Below the pieces are notes generated by a model. The model saw only the letters and a list, made by a program, of their open reading frames with translations, did no database searches and was not told the origin of the DNA. Both the position numbers and the translations under genes were made by a program. A DNA stretch of 45,680 nt from an uncultured delta proteobacterium (GTDB lineage: Bacteria > Myxococcota_A > UBA9160 > JAFDET01), in assembly GCA_947260035.1 (NCBI GenBank), contig CAMYOO010000041.1, positions 1-45,680 of the forward strand. The letters are read 5' to 3'. Shown piece after piece: positions 8,674-21,014 of the stretch. The first letter of the stretch is position 1, and every line of letters begins with the position of its first letter.

Positions 8674-9528
8674 TCACAGGTTCAAGATCACGACGCCCAG
8701 CGCCACGACGCCCGCCGCGAAGACCCGGCGGCGGCCGAAGGGCTCGCCCAGAACCAGCGTACCGATCAATGCGGCCAGGATGATTCCGGTCTCGCGCAGC
8801 GCCGCGATGGGAGCGATGGCTCCGAGACTGTACGCCCAGAGCACCATCGAGTAGCCGAGGGTGGCCATCAGCCCACCGGCGACGCCGCGGCGCGCGGCGG
8901 GGCGGCGCAGGAAGGCGGGCAGGTCGCGCCGGCGCAGGATCACCGTCACCACGACGAAGGGCACCGCCTCCAGGGCCTGCAGCCAGAGCACGTAGGACAG
9001 CGGCCCCGGATCCCCGGCCCGACGTATGCCCATGGCGTCGACAAGCGTGTAGCCGGCGATCCAGACGCCGGTCCCCAGGGCGAAGAACGCGGCGCGCCGG
9101 CCCGAGGCCGTTCCGAGACTTCGATCCACGGCCAGCGACAGGATGCCCATGCTGATCAGCGCGGTGCCCGCCAACTCCATCTGCGACAGGGGCTCGCCGA
9201 CGACGCGCGCAGACAGAGCGGCCACCAGGAGCGGACCCGTGCCGCGTGCGATCGGATAGACGTGGGACAGATCGCCGAAGCGATAGGCAAGCACCAGGAA
9301 CGTCACGTAGACGTTGTGGAGCAGGGCGCCCGCGGCGAGATAGCCCCAGCTCTCCCGCGCAGGCGCGTCCACGAAGGGAAGGCCCAATGAGCACGCGACC
9401 GAGCCCGACACGAAGACGACCAGGGTGGTGAGCCAGGGATCGTCGCTCGCCTTGATGAGGGCGTTCCAGACGGCGTGGAGCAGCGCGGCCAGCAGCACCA
9501 GGCCCAGAACGACGGGTGTGTCGGCCAT
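8674..9528 (-). CDS. EamA/DMT family transporter
   Basis: LLAALLHAVWNAL, GDLSHVYPIARG, AALRET; about 10 TM helices. Confidence 0.9.
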   Translation of the reverse strand: MADTPVVLGLVLLAALLHAVWNALIKASDDPWLTTLVVFVSGSVACSLGLPFVDAPARESWGYLAAGALLHNVYVTFLVLAYRFGDLSHVYPIARGTGPLLVAALSARVVGEPLSQMELAGTALISMGILSLAVDRSLGTASGRRAAFFALGTGVWIAGYTLVDAMGIRRAGDPGPLSYVLWLQALEAVPFVVVTVILRRRDLPAFLRRPAARRGVAGGLMATLGYSMVLWAYSLGAIAPIAALRETGIILAALIGTLVLGEPFGRRRVFAAGVVALGVVILNL

Positions 9529-9550
9529 GGTCCGAGGAGGCTAGCCCTTC

Positions 9551-10033
9551 CTAGAAGAGCAGGACTTCGGCTTCGAGGCTCGGCAGGTCGATCACGCCCA
9601 CGGCATTGTGGCCTTCCATGTGACCCGCGCACTCGCCGGGGTTCACGATCAGCGAGCCGGCGCGCCGCTCGAGCCGCCGCCGGTGATCGTGCCCGTGCAG
9701 CACCAGATCGTGACCGTTCAGGCGCTCGTGGATCTCCAGCGGGTCGTGAACCACCAGGATCCGACGGCGGCTCCAGTGGAGCTCGCGGCCCGAATCGGCG
9801 AAGTCGAAGCCCAGCTCCGTGCTGGCCGCCTCGAGAACGTTCCGCGGCAGATCGTTGTTGCCCCACACGCCGTAAAGGGGCGCCGCCAGTCCGGCCAGCA
9901 CCTCCAGCGTCTTCACCTGGGTTACGTCACCGGTGTGCACGACACGATCCACGCCCACGCCGTTCAACAGCGCGACGATTCGCGCCACGTTGCGCAGGTT
10001 GTCGTGGGTATCGCTGACGACGCCGACGCGCAC
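9551..10033 (-). CDS. YfcE-family metallophosphoesterase
   Basis: SDTHDN, HTGD, GNND, HGHDH, NPG. Confidence 0.92.
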   Translation of the reverse strand: MRVGVVSDTHDNLRNVARIVALLNGVGVDRVVHTGDVTQVKTLEVLAGLAAPLYGVWGNNDLPRNVLEAASTELGFDFADSGRELHWSRRRILVVHDPLEIHERLNGHDLVLHGHDHRRRLERRAGSLIVNPGECAGHMEGHNAVGVIDLPSLEAEVLLF

Positions 10034-10036
10034 CGG

Positions 10037-10486
10037 TCAGATCTCGCAGCTTGGATCCGGCTGAACGGCGACACGCTCGAGCCACGCTACCCAGTCGTCC
10101 GGCAGGCCGTGATGCCGCGCGCCCTGAACCATGTGCTCGCGGTACCAGGCGAAGGGCGGCGTCCGGGAGAGCCGGGCGGACGCATAGGTCCAGGCTTCGA
10201 ACGCCTCGCCAGCGCTCCGCTCCACCTCGACCCGCAGCCGCGTGTAGCCAGCCTCGAACCGATCCAGCGTGGGCCACGCATCGGGCGTCAGCTCGTACAC
10301 CACGCCCCAGACCAGCCCCAGCGGATCGGGCATCAGGTTGGCCTTGCCGGACCCGTCGCGCCCGCGCTTGTTGAACGCCAGGCGGTGTCCGTGCAGGCAA
10401 CCCACTCCATGCACCCGGAACTCCCCAACCCGCTCCCGCAGCCGCCCAGGCGCCAGGTTCGACCCATACGCAAAGTACCGCTGCAT
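10037..10486 (-). CDS. Gamma-glutamylcyclotransferase family protein
   Basis: YFAYGSNL, VWGVVY, LDRFE; start codon lies within repeat copy 2. Confidence 0.88.
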   Translation of the reverse strand: MQRYFAYGSNLAPGRLRERVGEFRVHGVGCLHGHRLAFNKRGRDGSGKANLMPDPLGLVWGVVYELTPDAWPTLDRFEAGYTRLRVEVERSAGEAFEAWTYASARLSRTPPFAWYREHMVQGARHHGLPDDWVAWLERVAVQPDPSCEI

Positions 10487-10595
10487 TGAGGGACGTTCCT
10501 GCATAACTGCACGGGGTACCACTCTTAGCCCCTAGGAGTGGCACTCGGCGCAGGAGTGGCCCTGCACGCAGTTATGCAGGAACGTCCCCCAATGC
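10482..10595. repeat. Inverted doublet of the 30-bp repeat (REPIN-like hairpin) downstream of rpoD
   Basis: TGCATTGAGGGACGTTCCTGCATAACTGC ... GCAGTTATGCAGGAACGTCCCCAATGCA; inner hairpin CCACTCTTAG-ccc-CTAGGAGTGG. Confidence 0.85.
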
Positions 10596-10600
10596 AGGCG

Positions 10601-12403
<1,803 letters not shown>

Positions 12404-12422
12404 CGGAGGGGGGCTCCTTGGG

Positions 12423-14034
12423 TCAATGCCGTACGGGATCAGGGGGTTGGGTCCAGAGCTCACGACGCCGACGCAGCTGCTCCTCCTTCAGGCGGAGCAG
12501 ATCGTCGGAGTCCACCGCCTCGCCCCGGGCCAGGGCGAGAGTGGAGGCCTTGCGTTCGCGCCGATGGGAGCGCCGGCGCAGATTCTCGATGGTTTCGTCG
12601 ATGGAGCGGGCCGTCGCCTCGTCGTCGAGGGGCTCGCGCTCCGAGGTGGCAAGCTGGGTGTAGAGCGCGCGGGCCTCGCCCTCCAGCTCGACGGCCGGAT
12701 CATCGCCGGCGGCCACACGGGCGATGAGTTCGGCGACGGGAGGCAGTGCCGCCGAATCGGGGAAGAGCACCGCCAACTCGTCCAGGGGCACACGGTCGGC
12801 CAGACCCGGATGGTCCAGGACTGCAGCCGCCAGGTTCCCGAACCAACGGTCCTCGGGTCCGCGTCGACGCGGCGCCGGTGCCGCCACCTCGTCGTCGTCC
12901 ACACCGCCGCGGCGTGCGCCGCGAATGGCGGCGTCCACGTCCTCCTCGCGCACTCCGGTGCGCATGGCCAGCAGCCGCGCGAACTCGCCGCGCTCGACCG
13001 GGTCCACCACCAGGGCCACCAGGGGCGCAACCGCGTGCACCGCGTCGGCGCGCTCCCACGGCGTCGCGAGCCCGCGGGAGCAGGCCTCGGCGATCTGTGC
13101 CTCCAACGCGGGCGGCGCCTTGTCCACCAGGCGCTTCAGGGCTTCGGCGCCCTCACGAGCCAACAGGGTGTCGGGGTCGTCGCCCGACGGGAGCGCGACG
13201 TGACGCACGCGCAACCCGGCCGGCAACAGGATCTCCAGCGCGGAGCGCGCGGCTCGACGTCCGGCGTCGTCGCCGTCGAAGAGCAGTACCACCTGACGCG
13301 TGCGACGCTTCAGCTCGCGCGCGTGGTCCTCGGTCAGCGCCGTTCCGCAGGTGGCCACGGCCTCGCCGACTCCGGAGCGGTGCAACGCCACCACGTCGAA
13401 GTATCCCTCCACCACCACGGCGCGTTCTGCGCGACGCATGGGCTCCAGCGCCATGGGCAGGCCGAAGAACACCTCGCGCTTGCGGTAGATGGCCGTCTCG
13501 GGGCCGTTCAGGTACTTGGGCTCCTGGTCCTCCCCCATGGCGCGACCGCCGAAGCCCAGGATGCGCCCGCGCGCGTCGCGAATCGGGAACACCACCCGGC
13601 CCCGCAGCCGGTCGTAGTGTCCTCCACTCTGGCGCTCGACGAGGAGTCCCGCCTTCTCGCCCAGGGACGCGGGAATGCGGCTCTGGCTCATCATTGAGCT
13701 CGCGGAGCTGCTCGTACAGGCCCGTCTCGCGCGAGTCGGACTCCTGCACCTCGACGCCCACCTGGCGGCCCAGCTCGCGCGCGGCCTCCGGGAAGGTGAG
13801 GTTCTCGTGGCGCATCAGGAAGGTGAAGGCGTTGCCGCCGGCGTCGCAGCCGAAGCAGTGGAAGATCTGGCGGTCGGCGTTGACGTTGAAGGAGGGGGTC
13901 TTCTCTTCGTGGAACGGACAGAGACCCTTGTGATTGCGGCCTGCGGACTTGAGGGCGACGTAGCGGCCGATAAGCTCGACGAGATCAACGCGATCGCGAA
14001 TCGCTTGGATCGTCTCGTCGGGAATTCGGCCCAT
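12423..14034 (-). pseudogene. dnaG: DNA primase with internal deletion and frameshift near 13692 (probably an assembly lesion)
   Basis: CHC2 zinc finger (CPFH...CFGC) in one frame; YDRLRGRVVFPI, KYLN, EGYFD, FDGD, DPD in another. Confidence 0.88.
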
Positions 14035-14065
14035 TCTCAGCGCCCCCGATTGGCCACTGGCGCTA

Positions 14066-14263
14066 CTAGCGTGCCATCCGCTTCAGCTTCTTGAGCGCGC
14101 GCTTGCGGGCCGCCGCAGCCTTCTTCTTCTTGCGAATGCTCGGCTTGTCGTAGTACTCGCGACGACGCAGCTCCGATAGCGTGCCGGCCTTCTCGACCTG
14201 CTTCTTGAACCGCCTCATCGCCGCTTCGAAGGACTCGTTGTCCTTCACTTTCACTACCGGCAT
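14066..14263 (-). CDS. rpsU: 30S ribosomal protein S21
   Basis: [31 protein letters not shown]; AGGAG SD. Confidence 0.97.
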   Translation of the reverse strand: MPVVKVKDNESFEAAMRRFKKQVEKAGTLSELRRREYYDKPSIRKKKKAAAARKRALKKLKRMAR

Positions 14264-14541
14264 GCGCGCTCTCTCCTGGTGAGTGACGCCGAATGGCCCC
14301 AAGTGTCGCCCACTTGCCGGGTTTGGGCTCACGGGCTCGGGTCAGCGTGGGCAGCAGACCTGAAACCCCTGAATTTCCGGCAGGTTAGGGCATCCGCAAA
14401 GGGCGATCGACTCTAGCGCACACCCCCCAGGTGGGCAAGCGAGCCTGTGTTTTCAGGCACTTGCAGCGCCCGGCTGCTTCGGGCAGCAGCAGAGGCGCGC
14501 CCAGGCTGCAGATCGGGCCGGGCCTGTATCCTCGGTCCGCC

Positions 14542-15453
14542 ATGGAGATCTCCTATCCCGGTGCCGTGGCTCCTGCGCGGAGCCGGTTCGTGCGCTCGTT
14601 CGGGCTGCGCATCCACGTCTGCGAGTGGGGCGATCCCGACGCGGAGCCGGTGCTCCTCATCCACGGCTTCTACGACCACGCGCGCAGCTTCGACCTGCTC
14701 GCCCCGCGCCTGGCCGAACGCTACCGGGTGCTGGCCATCGATTCGCGCGGCCACGGCGACTCGGACTGGGCCGACGAGTACAACTGGCCGACGGACATCC
14801 TGGACACCATCCACGTCCTGCGCGACCTGGGCCGTCCCGCCCACCTTGTGGGCCACAGCCGCGGCGGCGGCCTCGCCACCGATGCCGCGGTTCTAGACCC
14901 GGGCAGCGTGCGCAAGCTCGTGAACCTGGACGGCTTCGGCCCGCCGGAAGAAGGCTTCGAGATCCCGGGCCGCACAAACGAAACGCGCACGCCTCCCGAG
15001 AACCTGGCCTGGTACCTGGACTGGCGGCAGCGTTCCGCCGCCCGCTCCGGCTTCCGCCCGGCGCCCGACGTGGGTGTGCTGGCTGAGCGGCGCCAGGCCC
15101 AGAACCCGCGCCTGTCGCTGGACTGGCTGAGCTACTTCGCTTCGGCCGGCTCGCGGCGCACCGAGGACGGCTACGTGTGGAAGTTCGATCCCTTCGCGGG
15201 CCGCGGCATGGGTCCTTTCCGTCCGGAGTGGATCGCTCCCAACTGGACTCGGCTGCGCGTGCCCATGCTGGCCGTCGTCGGCGGCGTGCCCGACACCTGG
15301 GGACCGCTGCCCGAGCCGACCCTGAGCAGGCGGCTTGCCCACGTGCCCCGGCTGGACCGCGCCGTGGTCGAGGACGCCGGCCACTTCATGCACATCGAGA
15401 AGCCGGGGGAGAGCGCGCGCCTGATCCTGGACTGGCTGGAGGGCGCAGCGTGA
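14542..15453 (+). CDS. Alpha/beta hydrolase (intact GHSRG nucleophile)
   Basis: HGFYDH, DSRGHGDS, GHSRGG, AGHFMH. Confidence 0.9.
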   Translation: MEISYPGAVAPARSRFVRSFGLRIHVCEWGDPDAEPVLLIHGFYDHARSFDLLAPRLAERYRVLAIDSRGHGDSDWADEYNWPTDILDTIHVLRDLGRPAHLVGHSRGGGLATDAAVLDPGSVRKLVNLDGFGPPEEGFEIPGRTNETRTPPENLAWYLDWRQRSAARSGFRPAPDVGVLAERRQAQNPRLSLDWLSYFASAGSRRTEDGYVWKFDPFAGRGMGPFRPEWIAPNWTRLRVPMLAVVGGVPDTWGPLPEPTLSRRLAHVPRLDRAVVEDAGHFMHIEKPGESARLILDWLEGAA

Positions 15454-16118
15454 CCCGGCTGAAAAGCGGTCGCATCCAGGTCGCGCTCCACGAGCTTCGC
15501 GCGGGCCCCGGACCGACGTTGCTGCTGTTGCACGAGCTGTGGGGCCGGGGCACCGACCTGACCGAAGCCGCCGCAGCCTGGCCCGGCGGCCGTGTGCTGG
15601 CCCTGGACTTCGCCGGTCACGGCGCCAGCGACCGCGCGCGCGGCGGCACGTACTCGCCGGAAACCCTGTCCTGCGGCGCCGACGCGGCCCTGGTCGAAGC
15701 CGGGCACGCCTACGTGGCGGGCTTCGGTCTGGGGGCGTACGTGGCCCTGCTGGTAGCCGGTGCGCGGCCCGAGCGCGTGCCCGCCGCCTACCTGCTGCCC
15801 GGGGAAGGGCTGGATGGCGGTGGCAGCGAGCCCGACTGGGAGATCCCGCTGGAGACCGTGTACGAGAACCTGGCCGACGTCCTCGCCGCCGCCGAGGCGG
15901 ACGGCGGGGACGCCGATCCCATGCTGCGCTCCTGCGCGCGCGACCTGCGACCGACCGAGTACACCTCTGCCTACGCGGAGCGGACGTCCCGCCTGCTCCT
16001 GGCCGAAGACGGCGAAGAGCGCCCGGACTGGTGGCGAGCGCTGCGCGACACCCCGCGCGTCGAGGCCGCGCCGGACACTCTGGCTGAGGGCTTCGCCCAG
16101 CTGCTGCGCGGCGCCTGA
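15450..16118 (+). CDS. Alpha/beta hydrolase-fold protein lacking the catalytic Ser
   Basis: LLLLHE, LDFAGHGAS, elbow GFGLG; GTGA overlap with upstream gene. Confidence 0.8.
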   Translation: MTRLKSGRIQVALHELRAGPGPTLLLLHELWGRGTDLTEAAAAWPGGRVLALDFAGHGASDRARGGTYSPETLSCGADAALVEAGHAYVAGFGLGAYVALLVAGARPERVPAAYLLPGEGLDGGGSEPDWEIPLETVYENLADVLAAAEADGGDADPMLRSCARDLRPTEYTSAYAERTSRLLLAEDGEERPDWWRALRDTPRVEAAPDTLAEGFAQLLRGA

Positions 16119-16124
16119 GCGGGC

Positions 16125-16978
<854 letters not shown>

Positions 16979-16988
<10 letters not shown>

Positions 16989-17716
16989 GACGCGGCCTCC
17001 AGCGCGCGGTCCAGGTCCAGGTCGCCCGTGTACAGGGCGCGCCCGGCGATGACCCCGGCCACACCGCGGGACGCCAATGCGGCGGCGCGCTTGACGTCGT
17101 CCAGCGACGCGACTCCGCCCGAAACGATCACCGGGATCGAGACGCACTCAGCCAGCTGCGCGGTCGCTTCCAGATTGGGTCCCGTGAGCATGCCGTCCCG
17201 GGCGATGTCGGTGTGCACGATGGCCGCCACTCCGGCGTCTTCGAAGCGCCGGGCCATGTCCAACGCGGTGGTCTCGCTGGTTTCGAGCCAACCCTCGACG
17301 GCCACGTGCCCCTCGCGTGCGTCGATCCCCACCACGATCCGCTGCGGATTCCGCTTCGCCGCCTCGCGAACCAGCTCGGGATCGCGCAGGGCCGCGGTTC
17401 CGATCACCACCCGATCGACGCCCAGCGCAAAGGCGGACTGAACGCCATCCTGGTCGCGGATGCCTCCGCCCAGCTGCACCGGCGCCGCGCCCGCGGCGGC
17501 CACGACCGCTCGGATCGATGCCTCGTTTCCGCGCTCGCCGCTGCGTGCGGCGTCCAGGTCGACCACGTGAATGCGCGGCGCACCGGCCTCTGCGAAGCGC
17601 CGAGCGACCGCACCCGGATCCGGGTCGTAGACGGTGGCGGCGGCGTAATCACCGCGGGACAGGCGCACGACGCGCCCGCCCAGGAGATCGATGGCGGGGA
17701 TCAGCTCGAAGCTCAT
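16979..17716 (-). CDS. hisA: ProFAR isomerase
   Basis: [31 protein letters not shown]. Confidence 0.96.
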
Positions 17717-17725
17717 GGCCGGGAC

Positions 17726-18409
17726 CTACCAGCGCGTGCGTCCCGGCGACTGGAGGTCGGCGCCGCTGCCGTACGGGAACTCGGCGGCCAGCTCCCCTGC
17801 GCCCCAGCGCGCCAACTCCTCCGCGGAGAGCCAGCGCATGCCGCCGCCCGGATAGCGCCCGGCATTGAAGACATTCTCGTTGAGCGGCTGTTGGGTCTCG
17901 TTGATGCTGCTCTTCCACAGGCGCGCGCCGCCCGGGGCCTTGAGCACCAACACCTCGAACCACACGCTGGCCGCCGAAGAGGTGCCCATGGCCTCCGGAG
18001 TGCGCTCGCGCATCCGGTAGACGGTGCCGTACGCGATGGCCGGCGTTCCGAACTCCTTGTGGACCACCTGCGCCACGATGCGCGGCGGAGGCGTGGCCAT
18101 CTCCGGCGTGAGCCCCAGCGCCGTCCGCACGTCGCCCGCGGGCACCACCCGAACGCCGCGCTTGATGAGCGCCTCGGTGACGAAGCGCTCGACCAGCGCT
18201 GCGGCTTCCGGACCCGGCACGTTGCGCGTGCCCGTGCTCGGGTACAGGTCCGCAATGCGGAACGGCGCGATGGCCACCCGGTCGATATTCAGCTCACGCG
18301 CCTCCTTGCCGGAGGCGTAGGTCTCCGAGCGCGCCGTGGGCGCCTGGGCGCATGCGCTCGACAGCAGCGCCACGGCGCACAGTGCGAGGAACGCGCGACT
18401 CAACGGCAT
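17726..18409 (-). CDS. Hypothetical lipoprotein (PelC/DUF799/CsgG-like fold suspected)
   Basis: Signal peptide with LSSAC lipobox; RVAIAPF, YGTVYRMRER, ARLWK pattern. Confidence 0.6.
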   Translation of the reverse strand: MPLSRAFLALCAVALLSSACAQAPTARSETYASGKEARELNIDRVAIAPFRIADLYPSTGTRNVPGPEAAALVERFVTEALIKRGVRVVPAGDVRTALGLTPEMATPPPRIVAQVVHKEFGTPAIAYGTVYRMRERTPEAMGTSSAASVWFEVLVLKAPGGARLWKSSINETQQPLNENVFNAGRYPGGGMRWLSAEELARWGAGELAAEFPYGSGADLQSPGRTRW

Positions 18410-19050
18410 CGGCCTACCCACGCCGCGAACGCGTCGAGGACGCGCTTGCCGGCACCCTGGCTCTTCTCGGGATGGAACTGCACGGCGAAGATCCTCTCGC
18501 TGGCTACGGCCGCGGCCAACGGACCGCCGTAGTCGGCCTCTCCCACCACGTGACCTTCCCCTGACGGAACGGCGCGATAGGAATGAACGAAGTAGTAGCA
18601 GTCCTCCTCGGGGAGATCCTGCAGCATGGGGTGCTCGCCTCGAAAGCGGACCCGGTTCCATCCTATGTGGGGAACCCGCAGCGGCTCGCCGTCGCATCCG
18701 CGATCCGCGAAGCGCTCGACCCGGCCCGGCAGCAACCCCCAGCCCGGGGTCACTCCGTGCTCGTCGCTCTCCTCGAACAGGAGCTGGAGCCCCAGGCACA
18801 GACCCAGGTAGGGGCGCGAGGCGGCGATGGCATCCTGGATGGCGCGGTCCAGCCCCTTGGCGCGCAGGCCGGCCGCCGCGTCGGCGAAGTTGCCCACACC
18901 GGGCAGCACCACGGCGTCCGCGCGAGCGACGGCGGCGGGATCGGCGGTCACGTCCGGCACGAGACCCGAGCGCGCCAGCGCCTTGGCCACGCTGCGTACG
19001 TTGCCGAAGCCGTAGTCCACGACGGCTGCAGTGAGGGGGGCGGAAGGCAC
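18400..19050 (-). CDS. hisH: Imidazole glycerol phosphate synthase glutaminase subunit
   Basis: DYGFGN, LPGVG, GLCLG, PHIGWN, YFVHSY, QFHPEKS. Confidence 0.96.
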   Translation of the reverse strand: MPSAPLTAAVVDYGFGNVRSVAKALARSGLVPDVTADPAAVARADAVVLPGVGNFADAAAGLRAKGLDRAIQDAIAASRPYLGLCLGLQLLFEESDEHGVTPGWGLLPGRVERFADRGCDGEPLRVPHIGWNRVRFRGEHPMLQDLPEEDCYYFVHSYRAVPSGEGHVVGEADYGGPLAAAVASERIFAVQFHPEKSQGAGKRVLDAFAAWVGRCR

Positions 19051-19056
19051 GACTCG

Positions 19057-19650
19057 CTACAAGGTCCCCTTCACCGAAGGGACCCCCTCCACACGCGGAT
19101 CGATCTCCACCGCCGCTCGCAATGCGCGGGCCAGGCCCTTGAAGATCGCCTCCACCACGTGGTGCGGACTGCGCCCGTAGCGCTTGTCCACGTGCAGGTC
19201 GACTCCGCCGTTCTGCGCGAAGGCGTACAGGAAGTCCTCCACCAAGCTGGCGTCGAAGTCGCCGATGCGATCGTTGGTCAACTCCACCCGGTAGACCAGG
19301 TACGCCCGGTTCGAGAGGTCGAGCGCGACCTCCACCTTGGCTTCGGCCATGGGCAGCACGAAGCTTCCGTAGCGACGGATACCGGCAGCGCTTCCCAGGG
19401 CCTGGCGCAGGGCCTGGCCCAGTGCGATGCCCACGTCCTCGACCGTGTGGTGCAGATCCACGTCCAGGTCGCCCTTGGCGCGCAGGTCCAGATCGAACAG
19501 CGCGTGCTTCGCAAGCGACTCGAGCATGTGGTCGAAGAACGCCACCCCGGTATCCACCTGGTACTGGCCGGAGCCGTCCAGGTCGAGCGCGAGCCGGATC
19601 TCAGTCTCGCGGGTCTTGCGTTCGATGACGGCTTTTCTCTGCTCGCTCAC
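19057..19650 (-). CDS. hisB: Imidazoleglycerol-phosphate dehydratase
   Basis: FFDHML, HHTVED, HHVVEAIFK, PSVKG. Confidence 0.96.
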   Translation of the reverse strand: MSEQRKAVIERKTRETEIRLALDLDGSGQYQVDTGVAFFDHMLESLAKHALFDLDLRAKGDLDVDLHHTVEDVGIALGQALRQALGSAAGIRRYGSFVLPMAEAKVEVALDLSNRAYLVYRVELTNDRIGDFDASLVEDFLYAFAQNGGVDLHVDKRYGRSPHHVVEAIFKGLARALRAAVEIDPRVEGVPSVKGTL

Positions 19651-21014
19651 AGCTCCACCTCCGCGGCTCGCGCCGCTTCGCGTTCGCGCCGGGCGCGCCG
19701 GATCTTCTGAAGCCGCAGCTCCACCGAATGGCCGTGCCCCGGCAGGCCCTCCAGCTCCGCCAAGCGGATCACGTCGGCTCCCAGCTCCCGCAGCTTGGGC
19801 GGATCGAAGCGCACGAACGCCGTGCGCTTGAGGAAGTCATCGACCCCCAGCGGCGAGAAGAAGCGGGCGGTGCCACCCGTCGGCAGTACGTGATTCGGGC
19901 CGGCCAGGTAGTCGCCCACGGCCACCGGCGTGTAATGGCCCAGCAAGACCGTCCCCGCGTTCTCGACCAGGCGCAGCGCTCCGTCGGCATCGTCCACCGC
20001 CAGCACCAGGTGCTCCGGGGCGTAGGCATTCGCCACGTCCATGGCCTCTTCCAGGTTCTTCACCACCAGGATGGCGCCGCCCTTCGAGAGCGCCTGCCTG
20101 GCGATCTTGGCGCGCTCGAGCCCCTTCAGCTGACGCGCCAGCTGATCCTGGACGCGGGTCGCGATGCTCTTGGACGTGGTCACCAGAACGACGCCTGCCT
20201 GCTCGTCGTGCTCGGCCTGGGACAGCAGATCCGCGGCCACCCAGGCGGGAGTGGCCGTCTTGTCGGCCACCACCAGCACCTCGGTAGGTCCGGCCTCCGC
20301 GTCAATCGCGACCCGGCCGAAGACCAAGCGCTTGGCGGCGGCCACGTACTGGTTGCCCGGCCCCACGATCTTGTCCACGCGCGGCACGGACTCGGTGCCG
20401 AAGGCCAATGCGCCGATCGCCTGAGCCCCACCCATGCGGAATACACGGTGCACGCCCGCCACGCGCGCCGCCATCAACACGTCGGGCCGGATCGACCCGT
20501 CAGCCTGGGGCGGTGTCGCCATCACGATCTCGGGCACCTCCACCACCGACGCGGGAATCGCGTTCATGATCACCGACGACGGATAGGCAGCCTTGCCGCC
20601 GGGCACGTAGATTCCCACGCGTTCCAGCGCGCGGACCCGGTGGCCCATGAAGGCGCCGCCCTCCTCGCGCATCTCCCAGCTTCCCGCGATGCGCTTCTTG
20701 TGGAACTGGCGCACGCGCATGGCCGCCTTGCCGATGGCCGCCCGATCTGCGGGGTCCACCTGCTCGACGCCGGCATCCCATTCCTGGGGAGTGACCTCCA
20801 GCACGCTGACCTTTGCGCGGTCGTGCTTACGCACCAGACCGAGCAACGCCTCGTCACCGCCGTCGCGAACCTGGTCCAGGATCTTGCGAACCGTCTTCTC
20901 GACGGACGGATCCTCTTGTTCCCGGCGGTCGATGAGCTTCTTCAACGCGGTGCGAAAGCGCGGCTCACCGGTCTTGTAGACCGGAAGGATCGCCTTGGTG
21001 GTTCGAGCGGCCAT
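19647..21014 (-). CDS. hisD: Histidinol dehydrogenase
   Basis: [37 protein letters not shown]; ATG overlaps the murA stop. Confidence 0.96.
   Translation of the reverse strand: MAARTTKAILPVYKTGEPRFRTALKKLIDRREQEDPSVEKTVRKILDQVRDGGDEALLGLVRKHDRAKVSVLEVTPQEWDAGVEQVDPADRAAIGKAAMRVRQFHKKRIAGSWEMREEGGAFMGHRVRALERVGIYVPGGKAAYPSSVIMNAIPASVVEVPEIVMATPPQADGSIRPDVLMAARVAGVHRVFRMGGAQAIGALAFGTESVPRVDKIVGPGNQYVAAAKRLVFGRVAIDAEAGPTEVLVVADKTATPAWVAADLLSQAEHDEQAGVVLVTTSKSIATRVQDQLARQLKGLERAKIARQALSKGGAILVVKNLEEAMDVANAYAPEHLVLAVDDADGALRLVENAGTVLLGHYTPVAVGDYLAGPNHVLPTGGTARFFSPLGVDDFLKRTAFVRFDPPKLRELGADVIRLAELEGLPGHGHSVELRLQKIRRARREREAARAAEVEL

Noticed and set aside
13660-13720. Programmed frameshift in dnaG or pgeF
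   Set aside because: No slippery sequence, and conserved residues are physically missing
14264-14410. Riboswitch in the rpsU leader
   Set aside because: No recognisable aptamer motifs; only weak stems
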